Positions 49,481 to 61,970 of a stretch of 64,000 nt of DNA are shown one piece after another. Source of the DNA: Octopus sinensis (Eukaryota); contig NC_042997.1 of the NCBI RefSeq assembly GCF_006345805.1, positions 66,712,001 through 66,776,000 on the forward strand. The letters are read 5' to 3'. The first letter of the stretch is position 1, and the number at the start of each line of letters is the position of its first letter. The notes beneath the pieces are model-generated. The model worked only from the letters and a program-made list of their open reading frames with translations. It made no database searches and had not been told where the DNA came from. The translations under genes and the position numbers were made by a program.

Positions 49481-52477
49481 CTCAATGATATACAAAATAC
49501 TAGCTGAGTAGTCTGTCGTTGTTGGGCAATTTTCACAACAGAATGCTTTTATTTCAGTTATTTTCATTCTAGGTCAGACCATGTCTTCCTCAGCAGATAG
49601 GATCCTTAATCAGGAAAGATTTCTGTATTATTTGGGGAAATTTATAGTGTCTTCGTAAATGAAGCTTTTTTTGTTTTTCCATTTGGTGCAAAGAGGTAAA
49701 GATTTTTCTTACTCCTTATCTTGAACATCCAATCTAAAGCAGACCGTGGGTGAAGCAGCACTCTTCAAGGCGTAAACCAGCAACCAACATTGTTTGCCCT
49801 TGTGATTTGTTGATGGTCATAACAAAACTAAGAATCATTGCAAACTGGAGTCATTTGAATTGAATTGGGACATCATCTCCAGAGTCTGTGCAATGGAGGC
49901 TCTTGTGTGCTTATCATCCAATTAATGCATCCTATGCTCAGGTGTCTTCTGAAACCATGTGATGGAGGCTTGTGTTTGCATATCATCAAATCCTTTCCTC
50001 TTTTTAGGTGTCTCCTGAGCTTGCTAACTGATGCTTTGTGATCCTATCACTCTAATGAAATTCCTTACACACATGCATATACACACACACACACACAGAT
50101 ACACACACTCAGCATGGGAGATATACATAACTAGAGAAAGGGTGAGAGAGAGGGAAAAGTTTACATTGAGAAAAGTGTAAAAGACAGTGAGAGACAGAGA
50201 GAAATGCATAGATCGACATGTTCATCTCCTGTGACTGACTTGCATTACATGTCATATCAAAAGAAAGGGGCGGATGCAGCATGCATTAGAGGTATATACA
50301 TAGAGAAAGAGAGAGAGAGAGTGAGAGTGTGGTAATCATATATATAGAGAGAGGGGAAAAGCATATAAGACAGAGTGAGACAAATAGACAGATAGAGAGA
50401 GGTAGATAGACAGTTATAAGAAGCAACACACACACACACATGCATACACTCAAGTAATCATGAGTTTAAGTACACTCAAGTAATCATGAGTTTGTGGCTT
50501 CTAAAAACATTCAACATTGGCAATCTGTTTACAGGACAGGTTATTACAATTGTTTTTTGATGATTACTAATAACCAGAAACCTTCTCCTTGGGACTCAGA
50601 TTTTGAAAATCAAATCCGTTTTTGTTTGGGACACATTGTTTCAGAACCTTTTGGTGACACACATATATACATATACACAAACATTCTTGTTTATATAGTA
50701 GATGACACTACAATAACTATTTTCAAAACATGAATATTGTATAATCTATTGTATGACTCTGGCACTTGAACATTATAATCAAAATTTGTTCAAAAGTTGG
50801 AATATTTTCAGCAAATGGTGAAATATTGTGACGAAATTTGTCATACAGAAAATGAAGGGTGTGCAACTAAAGTAGTAGGATTAGAAAGACAATGCATAAG
50901 GGCAGCATGGAAGGAAGAGAGCAAAGGAAGCTATGGTGGAGCATACCGTGGAAATTGGAGCCAGCTAGGTTGTATTTTTTTCAAAGAGCTGTGTATGATA
51001 TGCTTCCATCCTTAGGATTAGATGATTGGGTGGAGTGACATTGATTATCATCAGCATGGAGATAATGCGTAATTAGTGTGTGTTCTGGTAGCTTACTAGT
51101 CAGTCCCAGCAGAATATGCTTGGTGGCATAACAAAGACTTGAGTCTCCTTGTCAAGCAGTAAAACAACAATGCACCAGTATCAGCCTGGCTCTCTGTCAG
51201 TTATGGCAATGAGGGTTCCAGATGATTCAATCAACAGAACAGCCTGCGCATGAAATTAACATGAAAGTGACTGAGCACTCCACAGACATGTGTACCATTA
51301 ATGTAATTCTCAGGGAGAGTCAGTGTGACAGTCTGTGACAAGGCTGGCCCTTTTGAATTACAGGTATAACTCATTTTTTCCAGCTGAGTGGATTGGAGTA
51401 ATGAGAAATAAAGTGTCTTGCTCAAGGACACAATGCACTGCCAGGAATTGAACTCACAACCTTACAATTGTGAGCCAAATACCCTAAATGCTAAGTCACA
51501 TGCCTTCACAACAATGCAACTCAATATTAAGTTGCACCTTCCACTCAGGTCAACTTTACCTTTCGTCCTTTCAGAGCTCAATAAAATAAGTGCCAGTTGA
51601 TCATTGGATTGATGTAATCGACTTACCCATCACCCCAAATTGGTGGTCTTGTGCCAAAAATTTAAAACCAATATTAAGTTACACCTTGATGCTTTCCAAA
51701 AGGATAGCAAGACAGGACAATGCAAGAACATAAAAAAAAAAAAGAAATTTGAAATCCAGATTTCTGAATAGTAGTAATAACTGAAAAGTGCCAGAGGATT
51801 TGAAGGAAATGCTAGTATAACTAATATATTCTAATAATGAAGCAGCATACTGACATTATGGGATGATATGACTTGTGAATTGACAAAAGATATCCTGATT
51901 GTTGAGTTACTAAGTACACTGGAAGGCGATGTGAAAGTGGGCTCACAAAAGGAAGAGCCTAAAATATGAAGAACTTAGGGAATTGCATGTGGCATGAGAA
52001 TAGCAATGTATAGTACTTCCTGTAAAAGTGGTATGTTGTAGTTTTGTAGCTAAATGTACAATGTCCTGTTTGATTGATATTGGATTTCAGAAGGGTGGCA
52101 GAGCAGTTTATTCTATGAATTGGAGATAGAAGCAGAAGCTGCTTTCTCATGAATGTAGCAGAGGCATATGAATGGAAGACCAAAGAGCTAAGAAAGCAGA
52201 GGTAAGTAAAAGGAAGAGCAATGCTAAGAAAAAACTTCAGTAAATAGCAAAGTATGTTTGAAGAGGTTACAGTTACACCATCTTATGTAGTAGCTGCATG
52301 GATGATGGAGGGATGAAGCATGATACAGTGTAGGTCAAAAGAACCTGAACACTAATGTAGCTCAGTACCACTGGAAGGAACAAAAATGCTAGAAAGTGCC
52401 AAAATCATTATGATTTCCAATCAACAGCTGATGAATAGAGAATGCTGCAATGCAAACTGTATGTTAGTAAATTTTGT

Positions 52478-53812
52478 TTCTAATTTGGGCACAAGGCCAG
52501 CACATTTTGAGAGGAGGCTTTTTAGTTGATATTATCGAACTCATTACTTGAGTGATATTTTATTTTACTGACTGACACCAGAGGGATGGGAGGGAAAGTT
52601 GACTTTGACAGGATTTGGACTTGGAATGTAAAGATGGATGAAATGCTGCTAAGCATTTTATCTGAAATGCTAATGATTTTACCAGCTTGTTGCCTTAGTT
52701 TCAAATTATGGTAGAAAGCTAGCAAATTTAGTGGGAGAGGATGAGTTGATTATATTGATCCCAATACTTGACTGGTACTTGTTTTAAGAATGAAATGAAA
52801 AGTCAGTCTCAGCAGCACTCGAACTCAGAATGTAAAGTCAGAAGAAATGCCACTAAGCATTTTGTCCAGCATGTTACCTATACTGTCAGGTCAAAGTCTC
52901 AATGATCATAACAATCCTTTTTACTATAGGCACAAAGCCTGAAATTTTGGGGCAGGGGTTTAGTTGATTACATCTACCCCAGTACTCAACTGGTATTTAA
53001 TTTATTGACCCCAAAAGGATGAAAGGTAAAGTTGACCTCAGCAGAATTTGAACTCAGAACATAGCGATGGGCAAAATACTGCTAAGTGTTCTAACAATTC
53101 TACCAGCTTGCCGAATCCTTTCTACTATAGGCACAAGACCTGAAATTTGGCAGTGAGGGGCTAATCGATTACATCAGCCACAGTGTTTCACTGATATTTA
53201 TCAACCTCAAAAGGATGAAAAGTAAAGTCAACTTCAGCTGAATTTGAACTCAGAATATAGCAATGGGTGAAATACTGCTAAGCATTTCACCCTGCATGCT
53301 AACAATTCTGCCAGCTTGCCACCTTATAATAATAATCCTTTCTACTATAGGCACAAGGCCTGAAATTTGGTGGGGACAGTACTAGTCAATTACTTTGACC
53401 CTAGAGTTTCACTGGGACTTAATTTATCGACCCCTGTGTTTCACTGGTATTTATCAACCCTAAAAGAATGAAAAGCAAACTTAACCTTGGCAGAATTTGA
53501 ACTCAGAATGTAGTAACGAGTGAAGTACTGCTAAGCATTTCGCCCAGCATGCTAGCGGTTTTGTCAGTTTGCCATCTTATAATAATGGTAATAATGATCC
53601 TTTCTGAAATTTTGGTGGGAGAGGACTAGTCAATTACACCAACCCCAGTGCGTAACTGGTACTAATTTTATCAACCCCAAAAAGGATGAAAGGCAAAGTC
53701 GACCTTGGCAGAATTTGAACTCAGAATGTGAAGACAGATGAAATACTGCCAAGCATTTCACCCAGTGTACCCATAATTCTGCCAGCTCGCCACCTTATCT
53801 AATAATAATAAT
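52478..53812 (-). mobile_element. Stack of six co-oriented SINE family B copies
   Basis: Units of about 200-250 bp, each with gaatttgaactcagaa (B box on the minus strand) and gcacaaggcc. Several are separated by (TAA)n. Confidence 0.9.
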
Positions 53813-53929
53813 AATATCTAGTGAATGATATTTCGAGATCTTGTGTGTCTTAAACTGGTTCAAAAAATAAATTTTGACTCTATATCTTCAGGAGGAGTTA
53901 CCTCAATCCTTTATATATTAATAATAATA

Positions 53930-53947
53930 ATGATAATAATAATAATA

Positions 53948-53988
<41 letters not shown>

Positions 53989-54032
53989 AAGAAGAAGAAG
54001 AAGAAGAACAACAACAACAACAACAACAACAA
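53930..54032. repeat. Compound trinucleotide tract ATA>ATG>AAG>AAC
   Basis: Read directly from the sequence. Confidence 0.95.
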
Positions 54033-54850
54033 TAAATGCCCTGATGCAGCACCAAGCAGTGGCTCTCATGGCTTCTGATCTTAACTGATTGGAAGTGTTA
54101 TCATGTACATGTTTTGTCTTGGTATAAAAGATGGGCTACAGTAAATATTCTGCTCAATACCACAGATTCGCTTGTCAGTTGTTTGACCTTAACCAGCTGA
54201 CCATGTCCTTTAGTGGCTGACGATATGTGCATCTCTGACCATGAGCAGAAGTAGTGAGGGGCATCACTGAAAGGAATTCTTGGAGGTTTGGATGATTCAC
54301 CTTCGGAAACATGAGTGGTTCATTCAACATTCTTAAACAATCCTTATTCAGGGACCTTTTGAGTGGGATGGGCTACTCAACCAGAAGAAAATTCTAACTG
54401 GGCCACAGATTTGTTTGACCTTAGCCACTTGAGCATGTCCCTTAGTGGCTGATGATATGTGCATCTCTATTCATCATCAGCAGTAATGGGGGAGGATCAT
54501 AGCTATGTGTTGAGAGGAATTCTTTGTGGTTTGAATAATTCACCTCTGGAAACATAGGTGTTTTGTCACCCATGTTTCCAGAGGTGAATTATTCTTAAAC
54601 AACCCTTATTCAGCAACCTTTTGAACAAGATGGGCTACTTGACATGAAGAAAATTCAAACTGGGCCCCCACCTGCAAGGTCATGTGCTGTTCATCTTGAT
54701 ATAAGATCACCATGTCACGCACATTTAGTTGTGATGCATGTGCCTGGTGTACCCTTATCAGACGGGTAGTCAGATGGGCAAACTGGGCTTCATATAGTTT
54801 ACCCTAGTGTCACTTTGATAGCATGCACTTCTCTCTCACTCAATAATGAT
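54032..54850. repeat. Unclassified repeat with an internal ~255-bp tandem duplication and a fold-back
   Basis: 54160-54404 is repeated at 54405-54667. Both ends are flanked by trinucleotide tracts. Confidence 0.6.
54533..54594. repeat. Perfect 23-bp inverted repeat (extendable hairpin)
   Basis: gaataattcacctctggaaacat / atgtttccagaggtgaattattc, plus ggtg/cacc pairing inside the spacer. Confidence 0.95.
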
Positions 54851-57356
54851 GATGATGATGATTTTTAAAAAAATTTTAATAATAACCTTTTCTTTTATTC
54901 CCACATGGGCAATGGATAAGGGAATATTACAGAAACAGGGTACAAAAAGAAAAAAAATCAGATGAATGAGAAGAAATTGTTATGGTATACAAATATGCGA
55001 TAGAGCTCTCTTCATCCAAAGAAGAGGACTGCCATTTAGAGCTCATCAAGGAACCCCAGAGGTTCAGGATTATACTGACAATGAAGGATAAGTGCTTCTT
55101 TCTAAAGATGCATGTCAGAGTAGGCTCATTCACTTAGGCCAGCAAACCCTAGAGTGAGATTTTGGAGATTAGAAAGACAGTAGACAAATTTTCATGTTTA
55201 ATTAAATTAAGAATGTTTTTAAGCTTAATCAACATCATAGTGAAGAAGGAAGAATTAAATGAGTGTTAACTCTTTTGTATTCATATTAATAAAGTGGGGA
55301 AGACAAAAAAAATTTCTAGTAATTTTTTGAGTGAAGGGGCCAGATATTTGTCAGTTTGAGAACTGTTACCTCAAGGCATACACACTTCTCACCCACTTTT
55401 CAACTAATTCACTAGAGGACAGCATCTTCCTCTCCATTTTCACCTTCTTCTCCAAGTGGAACTTGAAAAAGTCAATGAAGGCTTGACCAAAGAGGAAAGT
55501 ATCCCTCTTTTTGATCATGTCCACTATATCAGTAGACCTCAACCTTTTTTTTATCACAGACTAGTTTTATGCATGACAAAACAATAAAGTGCATAGATGT
55601 ACTTTAATTATTACATATTTGATACATATATATCAGCTTCAAATTTTGACACAAGGCCAGCATTGACCCCAGTGTTTTACTGGTACTTATTTTATTAACC
55701 CCAGAAAGACGAAAGGCAAAGGCTGATACAGCTTAGCATCAATGACATCACAACTCATTTCTACAGATGAGTGAACTGGAGCAATGTGAAATAAAGTGTC
55801 TTGCTCAAGAACACAACACACAACCCAGTCCACGAATTGAACTCACTACCTCATGATTGTGAGCCCACCTTCATATAAGACTATGCAGACTGCAATAGTC
55901 AATAAAATAAAATCTAAGAATTTATTTTTTCTGTACAGCCTGGTACTGGTCTACAACTCAGTGGAGATCCCTGCACAATGCAGTGTCTTCATTATAAACA
56001 CCAGATAGAGAGAAAAACTGTCTACTTACTCCATCAGAGGAAGGTGGTGGGGCAATCTTCATGTAGGCAGTTAGCAGATGTCTTCCTCATAACACTAGCT
56101 GCTCTACAGTAAAAGAACTCCTCTAATCACCAAAACTTGGACACTAAACAAATGCATTCAGAAGTTTCATAGCTCCACACACATCTCAGACAGACCTGGC
56201 TGATGGCATTTCTATTGTCTGTAGAGTTTATCACATATGTATAGACACACATATACATAGAGGACAGTTGCACATGAACCCAAGTAGTGCAATTATAGTT
56301 AATCAGAAATGTTTAATAACTGCTCACAGTGCACAAAAAAACTCTCAACAGGTAAGTTAATATTATGACTTTATATCTATCTGAATTAGATGTACAAACC
56401 TTGATATATCACTATGAAAATATGAATATATTCAGGCAGGCATGGCTGTGTGGTTAAAAAGCTCATTTGACAACCATGTGGTTTCAGGTTCAGTCCAACT
56501 GTGTAGCATCTTGAGTGTCTTCTCTTGTAGTACTGGTTCAACCAATACCTTGTGAGTGAATTTGGTAGACAGAAACTGAGTGAAGCTTATATACATATAT
56601 TACATACATATATGTGTGTGTGGGGGGGTTGAATTGTTTGTCCCATCCACTCTTAGGTTAGTTATCCACATAACTAATCTAGCAGTTCAGCAAAAGCGAT
56701 CAATAGAATAAACACATCATCATGTAACGTCTGTTTTCCATGCTGGTATGGCTTGGACGGTTTGACAGGAACTGGCCAGCCAGATAGCTGAATAAGTACT
56801 GGGGTTGATTTGTTCAACTATACCCTTTATGGAACAAGTAAAAAATAAAAGATAAACAGCAACATTATAGGCCCTTAGGTAAATCAGCACTGGGCCCTAC
56901 AGTATTTATTTATTGACAGCAAGTCACAGCATACATACGTTAAAATCGAGCTCCTAGACCCGTGAAGCCACCGGCAACTACCCAGTGTATTCATTCCTTA
57001 AGACGGCACTGCTCACAAGACATCTAGATGTTTTGATGACTTTTCACGTTTTCAGCTGCTGTTGAACTAAAAACAGTTACTTCTTTGAGCAGCTTTTGAC
57101 AGGAATTCTTGGTACATAAATCGATCAGGAACGGACAAAAAAGAAAACAAATACTTCATATATCAACGAAAAATCATTACTGAATTAGAAAAGTAGTGAA
57201 AAATACCTTTAGAATGTTCTAGAGAGGGAAACAGAAGTTCGGGACCTTTTCCATACGTCAGGAATTGATAGACATACATGAACCTAGGCAGATCAATTTT
57301 ATATTATCTAAGCGAAATATTTAATTAGTGCATAATGACTCAATAAATGGAGGGTG

Positions 57357-57361
<5 letters not shown>

Positions 57362-57446
<85 letters not shown>
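57362..57446. repeat. (TA)n microsatellite
   Basis: Pure TA run. Confidence 0.98.
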
Positions 57447-57449
<3 letters not shown>

Positions 57450-58166
57450 GTATAATTGAAAGCACGTTTAGGAAAAAAACTTTATATTCACTTTAAATTA
57501 TCAAAATTGCACAATCTCTTGAAATATAGTGAACGCATACAAACTATATAAACAAGGTGTGAGAAGCAGGTAGAAAGTTTAATTATAATACCAAACCAAA
57601 TAATTAATTAACCTGCATGAATTAGTTTACTATTTTATATTTCGCTTTATTTTACTATCTAAACAAGTTGGTGAATGGATTTCTTTTTCTTTCTTCTCTT
57701 CATTAAATTAGCTAAGTAGATTAACATAATAATAGAAATAGGTGCAGCTTATGCGAAGAATCATGGAATAGAGGCTAAACTATCAGCATGTCAAGTAGTT
57801 AACCTGGTTTTAACTATTATGTCACTTATGTCCCTTCTGGACGATATAAATGTCCAAACTGTCCAACGAATCCCTGATCACGAGATATGTTATGGTCACC
57901 TAAATGTTGGAAATAAATCTTAAGGAGTTAAGTTCCCTGGAGAAGACAACGGGTAGATAATTAATAACACTAGTTCACCTTCGTCAGGACACTTTGACAT
58001 AGCTGAAACAAAGTAAGTCCGGAAACGGATATACTTATAAATAATGGGAAATATTAAAGAGAAAAAAAAGGTAGGTTAGAGGTATAAGATAAAGCGAGAA
58101 CGTGATATTCAAGTAAAGAAAGAAACGGGTAGGAGAGTAATTGTGGGACGAATGTAACGTAGGCTA

Positions 58167-58174
58167 TGACGTCA
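58167..58174. promoter_or_regulatory. Palindromic CRE (CREB/ATF site) TGACGTCA
   Basis: Exact 8-bp consensus about 780 nt upstream of the kinesin ATG, inside the CpG-rich region. Function is inferred only. Confidence 0.45.
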
Positions 58175-58951
58175 TGGCCGTCCCATCATGCTACAGTAGA
58201 CAGAGAAGATACAATGGCTGCTGCAGACGTCTTGCCTCTTAGCACACATTGTCAATGGATCATTATGCTATCCGGACGATGTGATTGATCATCTGCGACT
58301 GTTTGTTTCTAGAGCGAAAGGGCCTATCTTCTGGTCAACTGACAACCATCTTAACTCGCCGATTTGCCTGTTTCTGTTGTAGAAAGGGCGGCCTGTTGTC
58401 TGAGTCGAGTTGGGAAGTCAAAATTTATGATAAGCTAGAAAATTAAGGTAGCCATGATCTAAGCGAGACATTGCGCTACTACCAACACGCAGCGGCTCTC
58501 GATATATATATATATATCTACTTTAAATCTCTTTACTGCGTCGTTTTTTCTTTCTTCCCTACTATATTTATCTATTCTATATAATTAAGTAAATTTACGT
58601 CAAATTTTATTTCATAAGTTTTGTTTTTTGTTTTTTTTTTGAAGCAAAAAAAAATCATCTTTGGATCAATTACCTGATTTATTCGCTTGAAAAATATCGA
58701 AAGATTGGAGCTAAGAAACGACAGGGAGATTATAATATTTTAAGATATATATTTCTAAATATATATCGAGAAAGAATTTGATCATTGTTTATTTTTTTTT
58801 CTGTCTACCCTTTCTACTTATTTCTTAAGTTGGAAAGGAATCGTGATAAAGAGTTTGTGGGAGAGGCAAAAATTTCTGAGTAGTAATTACTAATAATAAC
58901 AACAACAATAAGTCTTCAAATAATCACTCAGTGAATTCACCATCTGAAGCC

Positions 58952-59077
58952 ATGGATGCGTCGTCGGAGTGCAACATTAAAGTCATATGCCGTGTCCGAC
59001 CCCTCAACGATGCCGAGGAAAGGGCTGGCAGTAAATTCATCCTCAAGTTCCCCACTGATGATTCTATTTCTATCGCC
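58952..59077 (+). CDS. KHC: Kinesin heavy chain (kinesin-1, KIF5 orthologue), first coding exon (42 codons)
   Basis: gccATGG Kozak context. Translates as MDASSECNIKVICRVRPLNDAEERAGSKFILKFPTDDSISIA, containing the kinesin-1 N-terminal IKVxCRxRPLN motif and closely resembling squid KHC as I recall it. Followed directly by a GTAAGT donor (phase 0). Too short for the ORF track. Confidence 0.97.
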
Positions 59078-59109
59078 GTAAGTAGCAATTTTCTTTAACA
59101 TTGAATCCC

Positions 59110-60196
<1,087 letters not shown>

Positions 60197-61776
60197 TTAG
60201 TTTGAATAATCGCTACTAAAGACTAATAAAATAAAATGGTCTGGTGTACTTAGTACATACTTCTCCATTTGTAAACAAAATCATTGAGATATGTGTGAAT
60301 TAATATATGTATGGTGCATTATGCGTATGTGTGTGTAAATGGATAGATGTATTATGCGTGGTTGTATGATATTTTGTGAACTCTCAATTCTAGATCTTTC
60401 TCTTTGCCCACTTTGTTTATCCATTGCTTTATCGAAGTATTCCTTTCATACATTCTTCTGAATCAACCTGTTACTTCCCTCCACACCCTCTTTTCGGTCG
60501 TTGCAGCGGCATCCACCCAGTCAAGGCGTATTGCATTTTGAGGTGGATGATGTCTACAACACAGCTAGATAGAGCTTGCTACTTTGGCAATTTCGATTTT
60601 TAGGAGTGTGTTGGGAGTGAGGTGCGCTTTGTTAATTTGGACATTCATTCATTAAAAGTACTACAGTAAACGGTAAATGAATGCAGGAAAGACGTATTTA
60701 ATATATGTATACATTTACTTTCGTTTATGACATGATTTTATTCACTAGTACCTATTATATTTTATTATGTTATTGCTGTAGACAGGAATATGAAACACAT
60801 TTCTGTATTTTTCTTTACACTCACACACACACACACACATATATATTATATATATATATATATATATAAAATGCGTGAGTGTATTATATAAAAGCCAGTA
60901 ATATCTCCTCAGCTCTCTTTAGTTTACAGGAGAAAAAATATGCTAGATTTTATCGATTTCAGCAAAAACTTCGATGCATTTGCTATAGACTTCTACTGCC
61001 AAGCTTCATCATAATTTTTTTCCCCTTCATATATAAATATACTGCAGACTGTTGCTTTAACGGTTTCTACTGTAAGATGGAGACGATCTCTTCCATCGAC
61101 TACTCGTTTGTTAACCTCTCCACTCGCTCGCTACTAAGCTTACAAATTCAACTGTACTACTATCTATATCTACCATACTACCTACCATGCATCTATTCTA
61201 TGTAGCTAATTAGTATGAATGTCACCAGACATTGCTGCTGTTGTGGCTACTACTACTACTGCTGTAATTAAGTTTATTTTGCTGCTGCTGATCTATGTTC
61301 ATCCTTGTTCACATCATTTATCTAAATGAGACTAAGAGGGGGAGTAAAAAAGAAAAAGAAATCAGTTTTCAGATTCCATTGTGTACTGACGTTCTTTCTT
61401 ATAAATTCTATGACCATTAAATAACTGTTGCTCATCCATTTTCTCCCTGGTAAATGAATGTTTAAAAAGACTGGAGCTATCTGAATGGAATGCTATATCG
61501 ACCCCTCCCTACGAACGAGGTTACGTCATATATCTGACGCTTGATCTGAAGTATTTCTGCTTTAAATATGGACATTATAGTATATATACTACTTAGTGTT
61601 AACATGGAAAATATGCCTTGTGCAATTATCAATTTGTATCGGTAATAATTTAACTCATTGTTAGTCGTTTTTATGCGAGTTAACGCGTTCAACATTTTAT
61701 GTTAAGAAGGTACGGGTACTTTAGATAATATCACTAACGATAATATTTATCATCAATATTATAATTATTTAAGACT

Positions 61777-61970
61777 GTGGATTGGCAGAATCGTTAAAGC
61801 AGGATAAAATGCTTTGTATTGTTTGTCTCGACACTACGCTCTAAGTTCAAATCCTGTCGAGGTCAACTTCCCCTTTCAGTAAAGTACCAGTGGTGTACTA
61901 GGGTCGATTTGATCATCTAAGCGCCTCCTCCCCACAAATCTGGCCTTGTGCCTATGTTAGAAATGATAAT
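61777..61970 (+). mobile_element. SINE family B copy in kinesin intron 1, CpGs retained
   Basis: Family B pattern with gaatcg, gtcgagg and ggtcgat intact. Confidence 0.8.

Larger units (their letters stand above)
56930..58951. promoter_or_regulatory. CpG-retaining promoter/5' leader region of the kinesin gene (possibly bidirectional)
   Basis: CpG density rises sharply relative to the upstream 57 kb, interspersed repeats are scarce, and the region lies directly upstream of the ATG exon. The TSS cannot be determined. Confidence 0.6.

Noticed and set aside
58455-58529. Short upstream ORF before the kinesin ATG
   Set aside because: The TSS is unknown, so it cannot be placed in the transcript.
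60507-60572. Acceptor-like site in kinesin intron 1 followed by RHPPSQGVLHFE...
   Set aside because: No similarity to kinesin exon 2, only a weak donor, and an in-frame stop.
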